Assembly: GCA_043228905.1 (NCBI GenBank)
Contig: JBHGNT010000003.1
Coordinates: forward strand, 24,800,001-24,864,000
Direction of reading: 5' to 3'
Length of the DNA: 64,000 nt
From: Azolla caroliniana
Lineage: Eukaryota; Plantae; Polypodiophyta
The stretch's first letter is position 1. Every line of letters starts with the position of its first letter. A program made the position numbers and the translations under genes. The notes below the pieces were generated by a model, which made no database searches, was not told the origin of the DNA, and worked only from the letters and a program-made list of their open reading frames with translations. Shown here one piece after another: positions 25,401 to 37,400 of the stretch.

Positions 25401-28400
25401 TTGTTACCTATGCTTGGGTGGTGTTAAACACCATCACTTTAGTTTTATTCATGTTGATTGACAAACCTTTGTCCGTACAAAATAGTTTTAAGGCATTTAG
25501 ATGTCTTTGTAGTCCCTCCGGAGAGTCAGAAATCAGCACAATATCATCAGCATATAGTAATATCTGTATAGCTATACCTGCTAGGTGTGCTCCGGAACCA
25601 CGAAATCTCTCTATGTACTGTGATACCTCATCTATATAGAGACCGAAGAGTGTGGGGGATAGTGGGCATCCTTGCTTCATGCTAATTGTGCTAGCCACCG
25701 CCTCTAACAAGCCCTTAGGAGACCGAACTTTTCCTGAAACAGATTCATAGAGTGCATAGATTCCCCATTGCATATCTATACGAACACCAATGGCCTCTAG
25801 CCGTTGCATAAGCCGAGCACGTGGCACAGTGTCAAAGGCTTTTCGAAAATCCACAAAGCAGCAATAAATCCTCTTATTGTGGGCTCTGCCCTCCTCAATA
25901 AGGGCCCGGAGGGTGAATATGTGATCCAAAGTTGTGAAACCCTTCCGAAATCCTGCCTGTCTAATTGAACGACAACCATTTTGCTCTGCCCATATACTCA
26001 ATTCTGATTCTAGAATCGAGCCATATAGTTTAGCCAAGTAATGGGAGAGTGAATGTATAAGCAAGAGAAGGAATTACAGAGAATAACCAGAAAAATAAGA
26101 AAACACACAGTAGGGGGATGACAGCTTATGCACTTAAGAGAGCTATATTAATTATCTAAAGATCATCAACTAAACTGAGTGGTCAAAGGGGCACAAGTCC
26201 TCAAGGGATTGCCCTATTAAATATGTTGGTGGAATCTAACCAAGATATCCACTTGAGGACGATTTTGTCATAAGAATATCTAATATTCTTTGACCACACT
26301 GACACTCAACAACTACACGGATTACAATAAAGTGTGCTCACACACTTTTTCATGTTGGGAATAAAGGGCCATTGTGCCTTTTATTAGTGCACAAGTGTGA
26401 ACGCACTCGTAGCACACTTTTGAGTTGTATATACATAATATCTAAAAACCAAAAAAGAGATACACTCTTTTGTACCCAAGACAACGTGCATCTCTCTCTC
26501 TCACTCAAACTCTCACCCTCTCTGTTTTTGACCTAAACCCTAATCCTCGTGCTGCCTTCAAATTGGTATCAGAGCCAAGGTTTAGGGTTTTCTGCAGAGA
26601 AAAGTTTAGGGTTTTCTATAGGCAGAGTTTAAGGTTTTTTGCAGAGCAGAGTTTAAGGTTTTTTGCAGAGCAGAGTTTAGGGTTTCTGTCGAGCAGGTCA
26701 CTTTTTCTGCAGTGCAGGTTTGGTCCTCCGTTTGGGCTAAAATCATGACTAGCAGCAGTGAAAGTAGCCACCTTATGCACATCAAGAAGCTTGAGGGTGT
26801 ACATAACTTTGCGGTTTGGAAAAAGCAGTGCTACAACATCGTGCTACAAAAGAAGCATGCAAAGCCTATAAAAGTCAAAGGAGTAAAGCCAATAGATATG
26901 GATGAAGATGATTGGCAAGAGTTGAATGAGCTTGCATGCTCGACTATTGAGTTGTCGATTTCTGATGCCTTGCTTTTTAATATCAAAGGTTTGGACTCCG
27001 CCTATTCTATATGGATTAGACTAGAGGAACTGTATGCCCAAAAGAAGGCATCTAGCAAAGTTTATTGGCTTAAGAAACTTATGGATTTGCGTATGACAAA
27101 GGCCACACCCATGTCAACTCACCTGAGTGAGTTCAATTCCATTTTTAGCCAGTTGGTTGCCTTAAAATTCATCATCGATGATGAGTTTAAGGCCACGTTT
27201 TTACTTTGCACCTTGCCAGAAAGTTGGGATACTTTCAGGACTACTATGAGCAATTCAAATGCGATGCTTCTTTATGCCGATGTAGAGAGTTCTCTACTCA
27301 TGGAAGAGATGAGTCGGCAAAATAATGCATCCAATAAGTCCTCTAGTGCATTGCATATGAGGGGTAGGTCACAACAAAGAGGCAAATCTAATAGTTATGG
27401 CCGTAGTAAATCACGTGGTAAAGATGTAGAATGCCATCACTGTGGCAAAAAGGGTCACTTTAAACGTGATTGTTTCAAATGGAAGAAAGAGAAAGGAAAG
27501 GGCAAGAAGATAGATGATTTTATAGAAGAATAGAGAGACATTCAACCAAGGAAAGGCAATACTAAAAGTGAAGAGGTGAATGTAGTCACTCATGATAGTG
27601 ATAGTGGAAATGATGTACTCTTTGTTTCATCATGCCATAGAGAACATGCTTTACTTGCAGATACGGATGGTGACATGCACACTTGGATACGGATGTAGAA
27701 TGCCATCACTGTGGCAAAAAGGGTCACTTTAAACATGATTGTTTCAAATGGAAGAAAGAGAAAGGAAAGGGCAAGAAGATAGATGATTTCATAGAAGAAT
27801 AGAGAGACATTCAACCAAGGAAAGGCAATACTAAAAGTGAAGAGGTGAATGTAGTCACTCATGATAGTGATAGTAGAAATGATGTACTCTTTGTTTCATC
27901 ATGCCATAGAGAACATGCTTTACTTGCAGATACGGATGGTGACATGCACACTTGGATACGGATGTAGAATGCCATCACTGTGGCAAAAAGGGTCACTTTA
28001 AACGTGATTGTTTCAAATGGAAGAAAGAGAAAGGAAAGGGCAAGAAGATAGAGGATTTCATAGAAGAATAGAGAGACATTCAACCAAGGAAAGGCAATAC
28101 TAAAAGTGAAGAGGTGAATGTAGTCACTCATGATAGTGATAGTGGAAATGATGTACTCTTTGTTTCATCATGCCATAGAGAACATGCTTTACTTGCAGAT
28201 ACGGATGGTGACATCCACACTTGGATACTCGATTCCGGTGCTTCTTTTCACGTCACCCCTCATCGTGAGTGGTTTTCAGATTACATAGGGGGTCGACATG
28301 GTGTTGTCCATCTTGTGGACAACTATGCATGTGAAATTGCAGGTATTGGCACTGTGCAATTACAGTTTCAGCATGGTTCTGCTTTCACACTTCAGCATAT

Positions 28401-31400
28401 ACGGCATGTACCTCAGCTCAAGAAGAGCTTGATTAGCACAGGACAGCTAGATGATGATGGATTTCACACAACCTTTGGTGATGGGAAATGGAAGATTTGT
28501 AAGGGATCTAGAGTTATTGCCAAGGGTATCCTCTCCATGTATCTAGTGTGAGTGACCATGTTGTTGCCATAACCGAGCAGCCTAGTGTTTCTTTGTGGCA
28601 TGGCCGGTTGGGACACATGAGTGAAACTGGTATGAAAGTACTTTCTCGTTTAGGTTACTTGCCATGTCTTCATTATGCTGATTTTGAACATTGTGATCAT
28701 TGCATTTATGGTAAACATGTACAGACAAAGATGTACAAACTTTGTATCCTCTCCATGTATCTAGTGTGAGTGACCATGTTGTTGCCATAACCGAGCAGCC
28801 TAGTGTTTCTTTGTGGCATGGCCGGTTGGGACACATGAGTGAAACTGGTATGAAAGTACTTTCTCGTTTAGGTTACTTGCCATGTCTTCGTTATGCTGAT
28901 TTTGAACATTATGATCATTGCATTTATGGTAAACATGTACAAACATCTCATAAAAAGTCTCTTTCTCTGAAGTCGTCCCCGCATGAGTTAGTACATTCAG
29001 ATGTATGTCAGATGCCAGGGCTATCATTAGGGGGAAAGAAATACTTAGTCACTTTTGTCGATGATGCTACACGGAAGGTATGGGTTTACCCTATTCGTAG
29101 CAAGGATGAAGTGGTCGACAAATTTCGAACATTTTTGGCATTAGTTGAGAATCAAATTGATAAGACACTTAAGTGTCTTCGCTCTGACAATGGTGGGGAA
29201 TATGTGTCCAAGGCTTTCCAAGCATTTTGTGACAGCAAAGGGATAAAGAGGGAACTCACTGCCCCTTATAATCCACCCCAAAATGGAGTTGCAGAGCGTA
29301 TGAATCGGACTATTCAAGATAAGGTCCGTACTATGCTGTCTCATGCTGTGTTACCCCATGGTTTTTGGGCAGAGGCTGTTATGACAGCTGTTCACTTGAT
29401 TAATCGGTCACCTAACAGGTCTTTGAGAGAGGGAATACCCCAAGAAGCATGGTTGGGCAAGCCACCTTCATATGCTCACTTGAGAGTGTTTGGCTGTGAG
29501 GCTTTTGTGCACATTCGTAAAGAACAACGCAACAAACTTGAGCCAAAGTCCTGCAAATGTATTTTCCTAGGATACGGTGACGAGGGTGAAATGGGGTATA
29601 GATTGTGGGATCCCGAGAAAAGAAAAATAGTATGCAGCAATGATGTTATCTTCCGGGAAAATCGCATGCATAAACAACCCGAAAAGACTGAGGAAGTACG
29701 TAGGGTTGTATTCCAAGAAGAAATACCTTTTAGACAGGAAAATGTGCCTGCTGTACAGCAGCAAACACCTGCTGTAAAATTACCTGCAAATGCAGAAAAT
29801 GAGGTTGGAAATGATCAGCCAGTCTTTGCCAATAATGATGAGCCACCAAATGTGCAGGAACAGCTAGAACAGCAAGCTGTGAATGCTGATTTGCAGGCTG
29901 AAATGCCTGGACTGCAAATTGAAAATGATGATTTGCAGGCTCAACAGCTACCAAACAATGAGCATTGGGTTAGGAGATTGTCTAGAGTTACTAGACAGCC
30001 TGACAGATTTGTTCCTGATGCAAACAATGTGGCTGATTATGTCATGGTAACTGATTGTGGCGAACCGACTTGCTTCAAGGAAGCAATGGACAGACAGGAC
30101 AATAAGAAATGGTATAAAGCCATGTTGTTAGAGATGGAATCTCTTGAGAAAAATAACACTTGGGATTTGGTGCAATTGCCTAAAGGGCAGAAAACACTTC
30201 CATGCAAATGGGTTTATAAAATGAAGGTCATTCTTGATTCCTCGCCAAAGTACAAAGCAAGATTGGTTGCAAAAGGATACAAGAAGGAATATGGAGTTGA
30301 TTTTGATGAGATCTTCTCGCCTGTAGTCAAGATGACTACATTAAGAATCATTTTGGGCTTAGTTACAGCTGAAGATATGGAGCTCATACAGATGGATGTC
30401 AAGGCCGCCTTTTTACATGGCGATCTGCATGAAGACATATATATGCAGCAGCCTAAAGGTTTTGTTACTAAAGGCAAAGAGAAGATGGTTTGTAAGCTCA
30501 AAAGGAGTTTGTATGGGTTGAAACAAGCACCGAGAGAATGGTATCATAAATTTGATGCATTTATGCAGTCTCAAGGTTTTCGTAGAAGTCAAGTGGACCA
30601 TTGCTTGTACACCAAGAAGGTAGGAGATGGCAGCCTGATTATCTTGGTTTTGTATTTTGATGATATGTTGATTGCTGGCAAGGATGTTCATGCCTTGAAT
30701 TCAATGAAGCAAAGCCTTCATGGCAGCTTTGATATGAAGGTTCTTGGTGATGCAAATCACATCCTTGGCATGCGAATACTCCGAAATCGATCGAAAGGGG
30801 TACTCTTTCTATCTCAGCAGGAGTATATCTCTAAGGTTTTGCAGCGTTTCAATATGGAAGGGGGGAAAACAATTGGGGTTCCATTGCCTCCATATTTGAA
30901 ACTCAGTGCAGAAGACAACCCTACATCTGATGATGAGAAGGCTGAAATGGCTAAGGTTCCATATGCTTCTGCCGTTGGCAGTTTGATATATACGATGGTT
31001 GCTACACGCCCTGATATTGCCTTTGCAGTGGGAGTGGTTAGTAGGTATATGGCAAATCCCGGCAAAAAGCATTGGGAAGTGGTGAAAGGTATTATGAGAT
31101 ACCTCAAAGGCACAAAGGACTTGTGTATTTGCTTTGGAAAGCAAAAGGCATCTGTCGTTGGTTTTACGGATGCGGACTATGCTGGTCACGCAGACTGTAG
31201 GAAGTCTACTTCTGGGTATGTGTTTACTTTCACAGGAGGAGCGGTCTCTTGGATCTCCAGACTACAGAAGTGTGTTGCATTGTCTACTACAGAGGCAGAG
31301 TATGTTGCTGCCACTGAGGCATGCAAAGAGGCTTTATGGCTTTCATATCTAGTGAGAGATCTTGGCATTACAGAGTTACCTATTCTTCATTGTGACAGCC

Positions 31401-34400
31401 AGAGTGCTATCATGCTAGCTCGAAATCCCGTCTTTCATGCAAAGACGAAGCACATAGAGGTGAAGTATCACTTCATCAGAGATGTACATGACAGCAAGAA
31501 CATTGAGCTTGTCAAAGTACATACAAATAATAATCCTGCAGATCTTCTCACGAAGGGTCTTCCAGCTGAGCGATTTGCTCATTGCCGACAGATGATGGGA
31601 GTTGGATAGATGTATGTATGTAGTTCAGCTTTGTACATACTTGGACTTAGCTGACCTTTTTTTTTTGTTTTTTTTTTCTTCTCACGGCACATTGCCTTTA
31701 GGTGGGAGGTTGTTGGGAATAAAGGGCCATCGTGCCTTTTATTAGTGCACGATTGTGAATGCACTCGTAGCACACTTTTGAGTTGTATATACATAATATC
31801 TAAAAACCAAAAAAGAGGTACACTCTTTTGTACCCAAGACAGCATGCATCTCCCTCTCTCACTCAGACTCTCTCCCTCTCTGTTTTTGACCTAAACCCTA
31901 ATCCTCGTGCTGCCTTCATTTCATGCATCGTCCTTTTTCTTCACAAGCACATGTTCACACAAGTTGAGCTTGATTCTCAACAAATACCATCGGTGTCCCG
32001 TATCACCGAATATTACCTTATGTTATATGTTGGTTGTTGAATAACAAATCTGAAGATTTGAGCTTAGCCTCATCAATAGAGTCTCGAAAACATCTCAAGA
32101 TGCCATAATGAAGGAGGTGGCTAGTCTTTTTTATATAACTCAACACCAAAGGCTCCTAGGATATTATATATCTGCACGCCACAATGAATCATCTGCAAGC
32201 ATATGAACAATCTTGTTGACAACTTTAGATTCTAGTATAGTTAGGAACTAATTTATTTGTATGGAGATATGTCATTGGCCAGTTGTACAACAGCAAGCTA
32301 TCCAGAGATACTTCAGTACTGAATTGGCCGTATGCCTTCCTGTTTTCACGACGTTGAGCACTCCTTAATCTGACTGAAGTGAAACTTGACTCAGGTGGCC
32401 ATTCGATCAACAATCTTTTGACATTGTAATCAGTTTTCCATCGTTATGAATTTCCCTTGGGAACCTTTTCTTCTTTCCTTTTCCGGACCTGGTAACATAT
32501 CCTAAAGTGGTCTTTTAGCACACGAGTCCAAAACCACATAGCTTTTCCAATAGTACTGTGCTCAACTCCTCATAAGTCAGTGGCAAACACGTTACATGTT
32601 TTCGAAGAGCTTTGTGACCTTCCCCACGTGCCATTCAATGACGTTTCATCCCAGTGTGCTAGTTACCAATGACTTACCATTGTTGTTGCTATTCTTCATC
32701 ATTTTTTAAGACGTGGATCTTGTTCCGTTGCAACAGTTAGGTGTTCTGCTGATGCGTTTGGTGTGTTACAGATAGAAACAAAACCTTCTCCAGCATTATA
32801 TGCATAATCCTTTTGTGCGTTTAGAAGAATTAATGTTCATATTTTCATGATATTGATCATTTGCCTCAACAGCTACCCTGGCAGTGGTCACAAATTTTAT
32901 TATAGACCTTGTATCTAAGTTTTGCAAGAATGAAGAAAGAAAGAAAGTCTGGTAGAAACATTTGAATTATCGACATTATCGACATGTGGTGTCTTACAAC
33001 GCAATGATTTCTGGGTATGTGCGGAATAGTGAAGGTTTTTCAGTTTTGAAACATTTGAGCAACAAATGTGTGTAGTTGGTTGACCTTATTGATAGCATGT
33101 ACATGCTTTGGCAATATAGATAGGGGGAAATTGTGCTCGAATGAAGCTATGAAGTTGGATCCTGATACAATAGTAGGATATGCACTGATGTCAAGCATGT
33201 ATCCTGAAAGTCACATAGTGGAGGCTATATATCTCCCAATTCATCTCTCATTTTTGTAAAATAAGTGGGTTGTATTTTATAGCAGATATGCTTTTTAAAA
33301 CTAATGGAAGGATATCTTGTTTAGAAAAAAAAAGAAAAAAAAGAAAGAAAGTCCAGTCGAATTCACAAAGAAGGAAAATGGTAATCAGTCATATCAAGGC
33401 TTCCTATCAACTAAGTTAAACTCATTACAATTGAACTGCTATTTTCCTATCTTATAAATGCGAAGTTGAGATGTAGATAGTGTTACATGCATAATCATAA
33501 CTGATCATGAGATAGGTTTCCATTGTTTTCCCTAATCTTATCATGAATAGATTTGGGTTAATTCCGAAAGGAACGAGAGTATGAATTGAATTACAATTCT
33601 TCGGTGTGACATATCTATTAAGTGTGTTATCTCTTGACCACTTCACATGAAGTAGTCAAGTGTTTGACTATGGCCTACGATGGTTTTTGCCTATATAAGA
33701 AGTGCAGCTACCTTCTTATCAAGGGATGCTTGACTTATGTTGGTGTGGCTATGGCTCTTGTTAGCTAAGCACTCGCGGAACCCAAAGTACATCGAGGAGG
33801 TTTGGGTCCGTCTCACGCCATTGTTAAGGGGTGGTCAGGCACCTGTTACGGGCATGACCATATAATATCCCATGGTAAGATTGTACCGTGTATAGAATAC
33901 TACGGTACAATCTTACCATGGGATATTATATGGTCATGCCCGTAACAGCACCCCTCTTTCCTTTCTCTGGTCTATAATTACCGATATTTTGATTACTAAT
34001 TAGTTAGCCTCTAACAAGAGGGGCCATAGTCTATTGTTCTTCTTTTGTTTTCCTTGTTAAACATTTCAAAATCTTAGCTATGTTTCTCGTCCTTGATGTC
34101 TGAATGTTTTTTCTTGACAGTGGATTCTTTAAAGGTTATTGCAAGAAAGCTGGGCATTTCACGCTGGAACCTTAGCACTGATCCTTGTGAATCATGGAAT
34201 TTTGATACAGCCCCTTTTATAGCATGCAGCTGCGATGAGACTATTTGTCATGTTATGGAACTGTAAGGCTCAGAAAGAAATCTAAAATGTGGAAAAAGAA
34301 TATTAAAAAATATGGAAGCTAGGTAACGAAGCGTTTGCTATAATTCACGTTTTAAGGAATGCTCTTATACTTCATGGTAATAGGAATGTGTTTAACCTAA

Positions 34401-37400
34401 GCTTGGTAGCAGAGATACCACTTGAGATCATGAACCTGACTCAAATAACCACGTTGTAAGTATAAGCTAGTCTCTTAGTGTATCTCCCATCTTGACCAGC
34501 AGAAAATAATAATATAATTTGGAGCAGACACATGAGGGAGAATTTTTTCTATGGTGGAATACCAAGTCAATTTGGGAGTTTGGCATCATTAACAACTATG
34601 TGCGTATATGTTGTATAAAATTAACTTTTCATCATGGTTTTAAATAATTTGAGTTGCTTTTATAACATTGCTCTTGAATGCAGTGACATAGGGGTGAACC
34701 AACTTTCAGGTTTCATACCTACAACACTGGGCAATCTAAGCAACTTATTGAATTTGTGAGTTCGTTGTTCAAAACTTGAATTATATTTTGGTATGTTATC
34801 AATTCAAATATGCATATACGTGCTAGAAAACACAAAATAAGGCAACAATCTATCATGAAGACACATAAAGATACATAATGTTTTTTGGATAACATAAAAG
34901 GCAATACACAATGGGCAGAGTTACAACGATTGGAATTTCATGCCATATGGGACAAAGGATATTTTATAGACGGATTTCTGATAAGGTGGAGTGGTTCTAC
35001 TGTACACCAAAGTATTTATTTAAGCTGACAATTAGAACTTAGAATGGGGGTCATTACCTAAATGTACATATTTCATATATAGCCTTAGGGCATTTCTTTA
35101 TACTAATGTAGTATCTTTCTTGGAAAAAAGAAGAGGAAACATAATGTTTTTGAGTAACCTTCTGTTGAAACCAGGGGTCTTTAATGGTGGAAGGTTACCC
35201 AATTTTTATATAAAATAACAAAAACAGATTAGAGGCTCTCAAATTGTTCACGCCTTACTAAGTTTGACTAATTTATGACGCGGTTTCTATATTGGTTGGC
35301 AATTGACAGGCTCAGGAAATGAGAAAGTGACAATACTTTGTTTGACCGGCCCCATATATTATTTGAAGAATAGGGTTCTGCTCATTCATGTAGTAACGAC
35401 ATATATGTCTGAAGTTTGCATACCTGAATTTCATGTGTGAGGATTACTTGAGTGCGCCTATATGGGAAAAATACTCCTTGTTGATGTTGTATTTCTACAC
35501 TTCACATGGAGGAAGCACAAGAATATACATAGAGATATATACCTGAAGAGGGCTTGCCTGGGTTTCATGTGGGAAGACTACTTGAGTGGGCCTATGTGGG
35601 GAGATCACTCACTTCTCGTTGATGTTGTGTTTCTGCACTTCTCACAGAAGAGAAGCAAGAATATGCATAGAAATATCAACATAAAGGATAACAACATGGA
35701 AAAGTTGTTCTTCATATTCATGGCTGGCAAATCTTGTTGCAGTGTCATTTCTCCATCTTCTTCGTTTTTCCGTACATCTTAAAAGACGTTAATATATCTT
35801 TCATACACACCTTCGACAAAGATTTAAGTCATACATATGACTTCTAAATTTCCAGGGCTATTGGCTAGCTATACCAATCAATGTACGGACAGGTCCAAAT
35901 CCTTCCTTAAAGGGACAATGGTTTCTTCCTTTGATCTTATAATAGCCTGGGAAATGACATAATATTCCTCCAGTTCAACCTGCTGATGACAAGGTGGGCA
36001 GGTGTTGTACTCTAAAGCTATATGTATCATTCTGTGTTCTCAGCTGATGAGATGATGTCTGATTCAGTTGAAAGGATGCAAATTTTGGTACCTCAATGTT
36101 AGGTCCTGAATGTTTCTGAAAATTCTTGATTATTTTAAGAAAGGCTTGATTATGTGCATTCAACTTTCAGATTCTTGTTATGAAAAAGTTTCTGGTTAAA
36201 GTAAAATATGTTTAAAAGCAAGAAAATGTTCACAAGAATTCTGCATGTATTTTACTTAAATCTACATTGTTAACTTTTTTATGTATGTTATTCCTTGTGT
36301 CATAAGTATGTCTGAATGTATACAAAATGCACTCAGGAATATTTAGAGAGGACCTCAAAGAGTCATATGGTTCATGTGCTATTGTGACAGGGGTTTTGGT
36401 TCCAATAACTTATCAGGTCCGTTCCCAAAAGAGCTTTGCCGTTTGAGTTCTCTTACTGGCTTGTAAGTTGTCATCCAATATCATAAAGCACTTCTGAATT
36501 GCATAAAGCCTACTTTTTGAAAACTTTATAATAGTGATGCTATATTTTGCTAGATGGATGGATGTAACTGGTCTTTCAGGAGAATTACCTTTGGAATTTG
36601 GTGATCTTACTCTTTTGGAGACAGTGTATGCATGCACAACTTTATGAATATGTTTCTCATTGTTCTTATTGTTTGAACCGGTAGAGGCATGATTTCAATT
36701 CTGCATCAGGGCAGTTGGATGTTTGGGAATGAATTCTCTGGTGCAATCCCTGATGTATTTGGGAATATGTCGAAACTTACAGAACTGTAAGCATCTATTC
36801 AACTTTTATTCTCTGGGCTAGTTTTTTGAATTTCATGTTTTTTGTTTTTGAAGGATGTTTATATACCTCCTTTTCATCTCTTATATTATTGATATATTCT
36901 GATGAGATGCCAATGGTGCATGATACAAGATGGATGTACTCCTCAGTATATTGTGGTAATATTGAGCTGGCTGTGAAGACAGCAAGCAAAGCTTCCCTAG
37001 CGATCCATTTTTCATGTTTAGGATCTCAAGGCCCTCTACACTTTGGCAACCCTCGATGATAATCATGTAGAGTTTTACTCGTTTTTAAAGAACAGGGCTT
37101 ATATGACTGTACAGAGAGTTAGCTGAGTTGCATTACATGTACCCTGCTTCTGTCAGGGCACTCTGAAGGGATAATTTAATGTCTGATGATGGGAGACAGT
37201 TGTGTAAAAAAATCTTATTTTCTCATCTTCCCAATTAGTAGAGGCCCATCGATCACAAAGGTTGGTTCCATAAGCCCAAGGCGGTGATGGCTTTGTGGAT
37301 AAAGTTCTGTTAATGATTTCTTCAGCAGAAACCAGTATCTATTTGGGGCTTATGAGAGCATGCAAGCAGTTTCCATGACAAACACAGTGGGTGCATTTGT

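Larger units (their letters stand above)
26353..31918 (+). mobile_element. Full-length but defective Ty1/copia LTR retrotransposon copy B
   Basis: 208-bp LTRs at 26353-26560 and 31711-31918 (TG...CA); TSD TTTCA at 26348-26352 and 31919-31923; PBS tggtatcagagcc at 26564-26576; PPT ~31700-31710. gag ORF 26712..27533, protease in 28114..28551, IN-RT-RH ORF 28742..31609. Confidence 0.96.

Noticed and set aside
27531-27533. TAG after gag as a programmed read-through site
   Set aside because: Copy A has AAG at the same position and the context is not CARYYA; a simple nonsense mutation
20424-31368. Many 60-130-aa ORFs overlapping copia and LINE genes
   Set aside because: Antisense or off-frame shadows, duplicated only because the elements are duplicated
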